Assembly (NCBI GenBank): GCA_965285935.1
Contig: OZ260666.1
Span: 64,728,001-64,792,000, forward strand
Direction of reading: 5' to 3'
DNA from: Ophelia neglecta
Taxonomy: Eukaryota
Length of the DNA: 64,000 nucleotides
Positions 62,501 through 64,000 of this stretch are shown here, piece by piece. The notes below the pieces were generated by a model that saw nothing but the letters and a program-made list of their open reading frames with translations, made no database searches and was not told the origin of the DNA. Each line of letters begins with the position of its first letter. Position 1 is the stretch's first letter. A program made the translations under genes and the position numbers.

Positions 62501-64000
62501 TTCAGGAGACTAAAATATAAAAGTTAATCTTCTAGTGGGTCAGGTAAAAAGCCTGGTCAGAACAGGTACTGCACATGCCATACTGCAATTGTGAGAGCAG
62601 ACGCTGTGGAGGTTGGTACAAAATAAGCACGTACACGTCTCATTTAGCGCTCACAATTTGCTCACACTTGTGATCATAAAGATAGTATACCTGACAGCAG
62701 AGACGGAAGAGTGGACTGAACAGTCGCATGATAGAAGTGGCCAAAATAAAAATCACGCTCAGACATTGTCCTCCGAAGTTAGGATGAAACCTGTTATTAA
62801 AATGAGCAGATTTGAACTTCATTGCGGGTCTGTACTATTTTGTGGCAAGCAGTATAAGAAGGGTACCAGGGCAGATATCTGGTAGATGAAACCAAATAGT
62901 TATGTCAAGATCGACCAAGAGGCCGTCTCTGTGGCCCAGTATGGTCCACAGATGTTTAAGAAAAGATTCTTTTCCTTCTATTGTTTCAAGCATGCATTGA
63001 ACTAACAATTATATACAAGAATGGGCATGGTTTCTGAAGCGCTATAAATTTACCACATCAAATAAAGTAGGAAATAATTATCCTGTGTTTTTTCTTGACA
63101 AAAGTTACCATGATATATTTTTTCTTCGTTGTAAGTGCATATTGTACGACAACCTGCAAATGGAAAAACCAAAAAGTAGCAAATACTTAATAATTAGTGT
63201 CTGTTTTATTTCTTTTCGATCTAAAAAAATGGATATTTAAAACGTATTGCTTTTGGACACAGTGTTTATTTTCCATTTGTATAATAAAAACGCCTTTGCC
63301 AAATCTTTAGCTGGAAAGAGCTATTAATATGCCAATGATTGTTATGGTTGTCACTTCATTGCCATTTATGTTTTAAACGAACAGAATCAACAACGATAAC
63401 AATAGCTCAAATTAATACTGAATCTATTAAGATAAAGTTTCAACTAAGTAAATAAAGGGGTCTGCTTGCGAATAACTGCAGATTAGTTTGGCAAATACAA
63501 CTAATGAAATTACATATAAAAAACATGTTCACTTGTGTGCGTGTAAATAAGGTATTTAAACAGTCCATTACAGGCCGGATATTCACTCTTAATAAACGCA
63601 GTGAATGTGTCAGATATATGAAGCACCCGTTAGAAATATTTAGCCCTTCATTATTCATCGGGGCAAAATAAAGGTTTCACATGCAAAGAGGGGAAATTAA
63701 AGGAGGGCATGTTTGACGGCATAAATCAATAGCATGTGAATGGATTTGTACGTGTCTGCCTAACTTTGGAAGGTGACCTACTCTTTTAAAAAAATACCAT
63801 TACAGGAAAGGCATGCCAAAGAGAAAAAAGTAAATTATTCTCGTTTGTCTATAGCCACTGTTGGGAGGGATAAGAAATATGCTGATTATTCTTAAGCACC
63901 AACACTGTGATGTTTGACCAAATATCTTACAAGCCCAGCTATTTAAGATAAAGCTAGTAACCATCTTTATTTCAGTGGACATTTCGAAAGGATTAAACTG

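Overview
AT-rich animal genomic DNA with spliceosomal introns; a marine invertebrate is my inference. A minus-strand gene for a metabotropic GABA-B receptor subunit 2 (GABBR2-like class C GPCR) dominates the window. I spliced it by hand from GT-AG boundaries: 20 shared exons run from 27480 to the stop at 7911, giving about 1100 aa (Venus flytrap domain, 7TM, coiled coil, long C-tail). Main finding: there are TWO paralogous, intact first coding exons (56037-56267 and 39239-39463; 44/75 aa identical, gapless). Both end in ...EIIWNDTQ|GTGAG in phase 0, both fit one shared exon 2, and each has a related upstream leader. This suggests a duplicated-promoter, variable-N-terminus system. The C-tail looks like a second splicing hub, with phase-compatible cassettes, a skippable exon carrying two PPxY motifs, and clusters of UGCAUG and ACUAAY. 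Also present: the signal-peptide first exon of a neighbouring minus-strand gene (945-1026), a decayed Penelope-like RT, several MITE-like elements and minisatellites. All exon calls are manual, with no transcript or database evidence.
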